DNA from: Amoeboaphelidium protococcarum X5
Taxonomy: Eukaryota; Fungi; Aphelidiomycota
Assembly: GCA_023515725.1 (NCBI GenBank)
Contig: JALDTO010000235.1
Location: 170,371 to 234,370, forward strand
Reading direction: 5' to 3'
DNA length: 64,000 bases
Part shown: piece after piece, positions 62,795-64,000 of the stretch
How positions within the stretch are numbered: the stretch's first letter is position 1
How the letters are laid out: each line of letters begins with the position of its first letter
Notes under the pieces: generated by a model
The model's database searches: none
What the model saw: only the letters and a program-made list of their open reading frames with translations
What the model was told of the DNA's origin: nothing
Translations under genes and position numbers: made by a program

Positions 62795-64000
62795 ATGGAG
62801 AAAGATAATAGTACGGAAGATAATTAGTGGTGTTAGTGCGAGGATTCCGTGAGAGAGTTTAGAATGGAGAGTGACGGGTCGGGCGTTGACTGCAGACGGT
62901 GCGGATTGCCTATAGAGAAATTGGTCAAGATTGGGGAACATGTGTCATTATTAAAGCAGTAGGCTCAGTTGGACAGTTTGACTGCGAATCGTGTCAAGAT
63001 GGAGAATGATAAGCTGTAGAAATTGGTCAAGCAGTTGGAGAATGCTCTCATTAAAAAGACTGAAGAGTGTGACTAGCTTACGAAAGATTTGCATAATATG
63101 AGTGGCAAGCTGGTGCGTGAGATTGATCTTCGAGGCTAGTTGCAGGTGGAGAAGGATAAAGTGCAGGAGGAGGTTGAGGAGTTGACCAGGAATCTGTTTG
63201 AATAAGCTAATGGCATGGTGGCGGATGAGTCTAGGAAGAGGCATGAGGAGTAGTAGAAGCGATAGACTATAGAGACGGAGTTTGGCAAGATTGTGAATAA
63301 ATATGAAAAGGAGCGTCGAATCGGTGTGTCTCTGCGTCGTAAGATTTCAGATATTAACGTGTATAATAATGCATCGGCGGCTGGTGTTTAATAGTAATTG
63401 AGATCCGAGGTTACCGAGTCTCTGAGTATTAAAGTGCATGGCCTGTATAAATTGGATACTTTTGCAGCGCTTGGTCTTGACTCGATGACAGATGCCAGGA
63501 TGCTGGTGGATTTTTAGACTTTTGTTGAGCTGTGTCATAAGCATGCGGAAATTCTGGAATTTACTCCATATAAGTTGGCGCAATTGAGTCAGTTTATTAA
63601 ATTTGCCCTGGATGAGTTTGTTGAACCTGCTCTTAGAATTACGGGCGGTGCATATGCTGGTGGTAAATTGAGTTGGAAGAAGCTGTTGGATGGTATTGTC
63701 AATGAAACTCTTGTTATGGAGCAGGTGGATTACTCGGATGAAGAATACAACTCTGATAAGTCGAGTGAACCTGTCAAATATTAGTAATAGTAGGCAAGGT
63801 CGTCTATCAATCAAAAAGTGTCTTAATCTGTGGGTCATACGCCATAGGCTTCTATATCTTGGCCTAAGCGATCTGGATCTGCACTTGGTCTGGTGGATGC
63901 TTAGCAAAATTAGCAGATATAATAGTAACAGTCTTAGCATCGAACACCTTCTCCTGCACGATTATGGTAATCGTTCCTCAATTCATAATCATCCAGCAGT
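62795..64000 (+). CDS. SEC2: Rab GEF Sec2/Rabin8-like; runs off the window end
   Basis: Coiled coil with EVEELTRNLFEQANGMVA; downstream EFVEPALR..WKKLLDGIVNETLVME. Confidence 0.82.

Noticed and set aside
1-64000. Mass pseudogenisation suggested by the fragmented ORF track
   Set aside because: Fragments of each gene share one frame and are broken only by TAA/TAG at Gln positions, so recoding explains them.

Overview
Gene-dense eukaryotic DNA from an early-diverging fungus-like opisthokont, read with a non-standard nuclear code: TAA/TAG = Gln and TGA is the only stop (table 6). The code, the short 52-68 nt GT-AG introns and the gene content fit an aphelid such as Amoeboaphelidium protococcarum (inference). 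The supplied ORF track uses the standard code and so fragments almost every gene. Retranslating by hand gives about 31 protein-coding genes, including CWC2, EFM7, LTN1, DPH7, GLRX3, URM1, PDX2, THOC7, MAS2, CAP-D2, APC1, RPN12, ERG3, MGMT, GID8, ADE2, MEMO1 and SEC2, plus one tRNA-Lys(CTT). The standout is 54664-58165, a ~1166-codon gene fusing an XPG/FEN1-type PIN 5'-nuclease to a Fanzor/TnpB-type RuvC-zinc-finger nuclease. This copy carries a 1-nt frameshift and one premature TGA. Other notable items are a ~320-nt highly structured minus-strand RNA candidate (38948-39264), a TGATG stop/start overlap joining a nucleotide-sugar transporter to DPH7, a Nudix-like/2xCCCH/W2-like protein, an APC1 reduced to its PC-repeat part, an M18BP1-like protein, and a transposase-derived HTH gene. 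All family calls come from motif recognition by eye; no database search was run.
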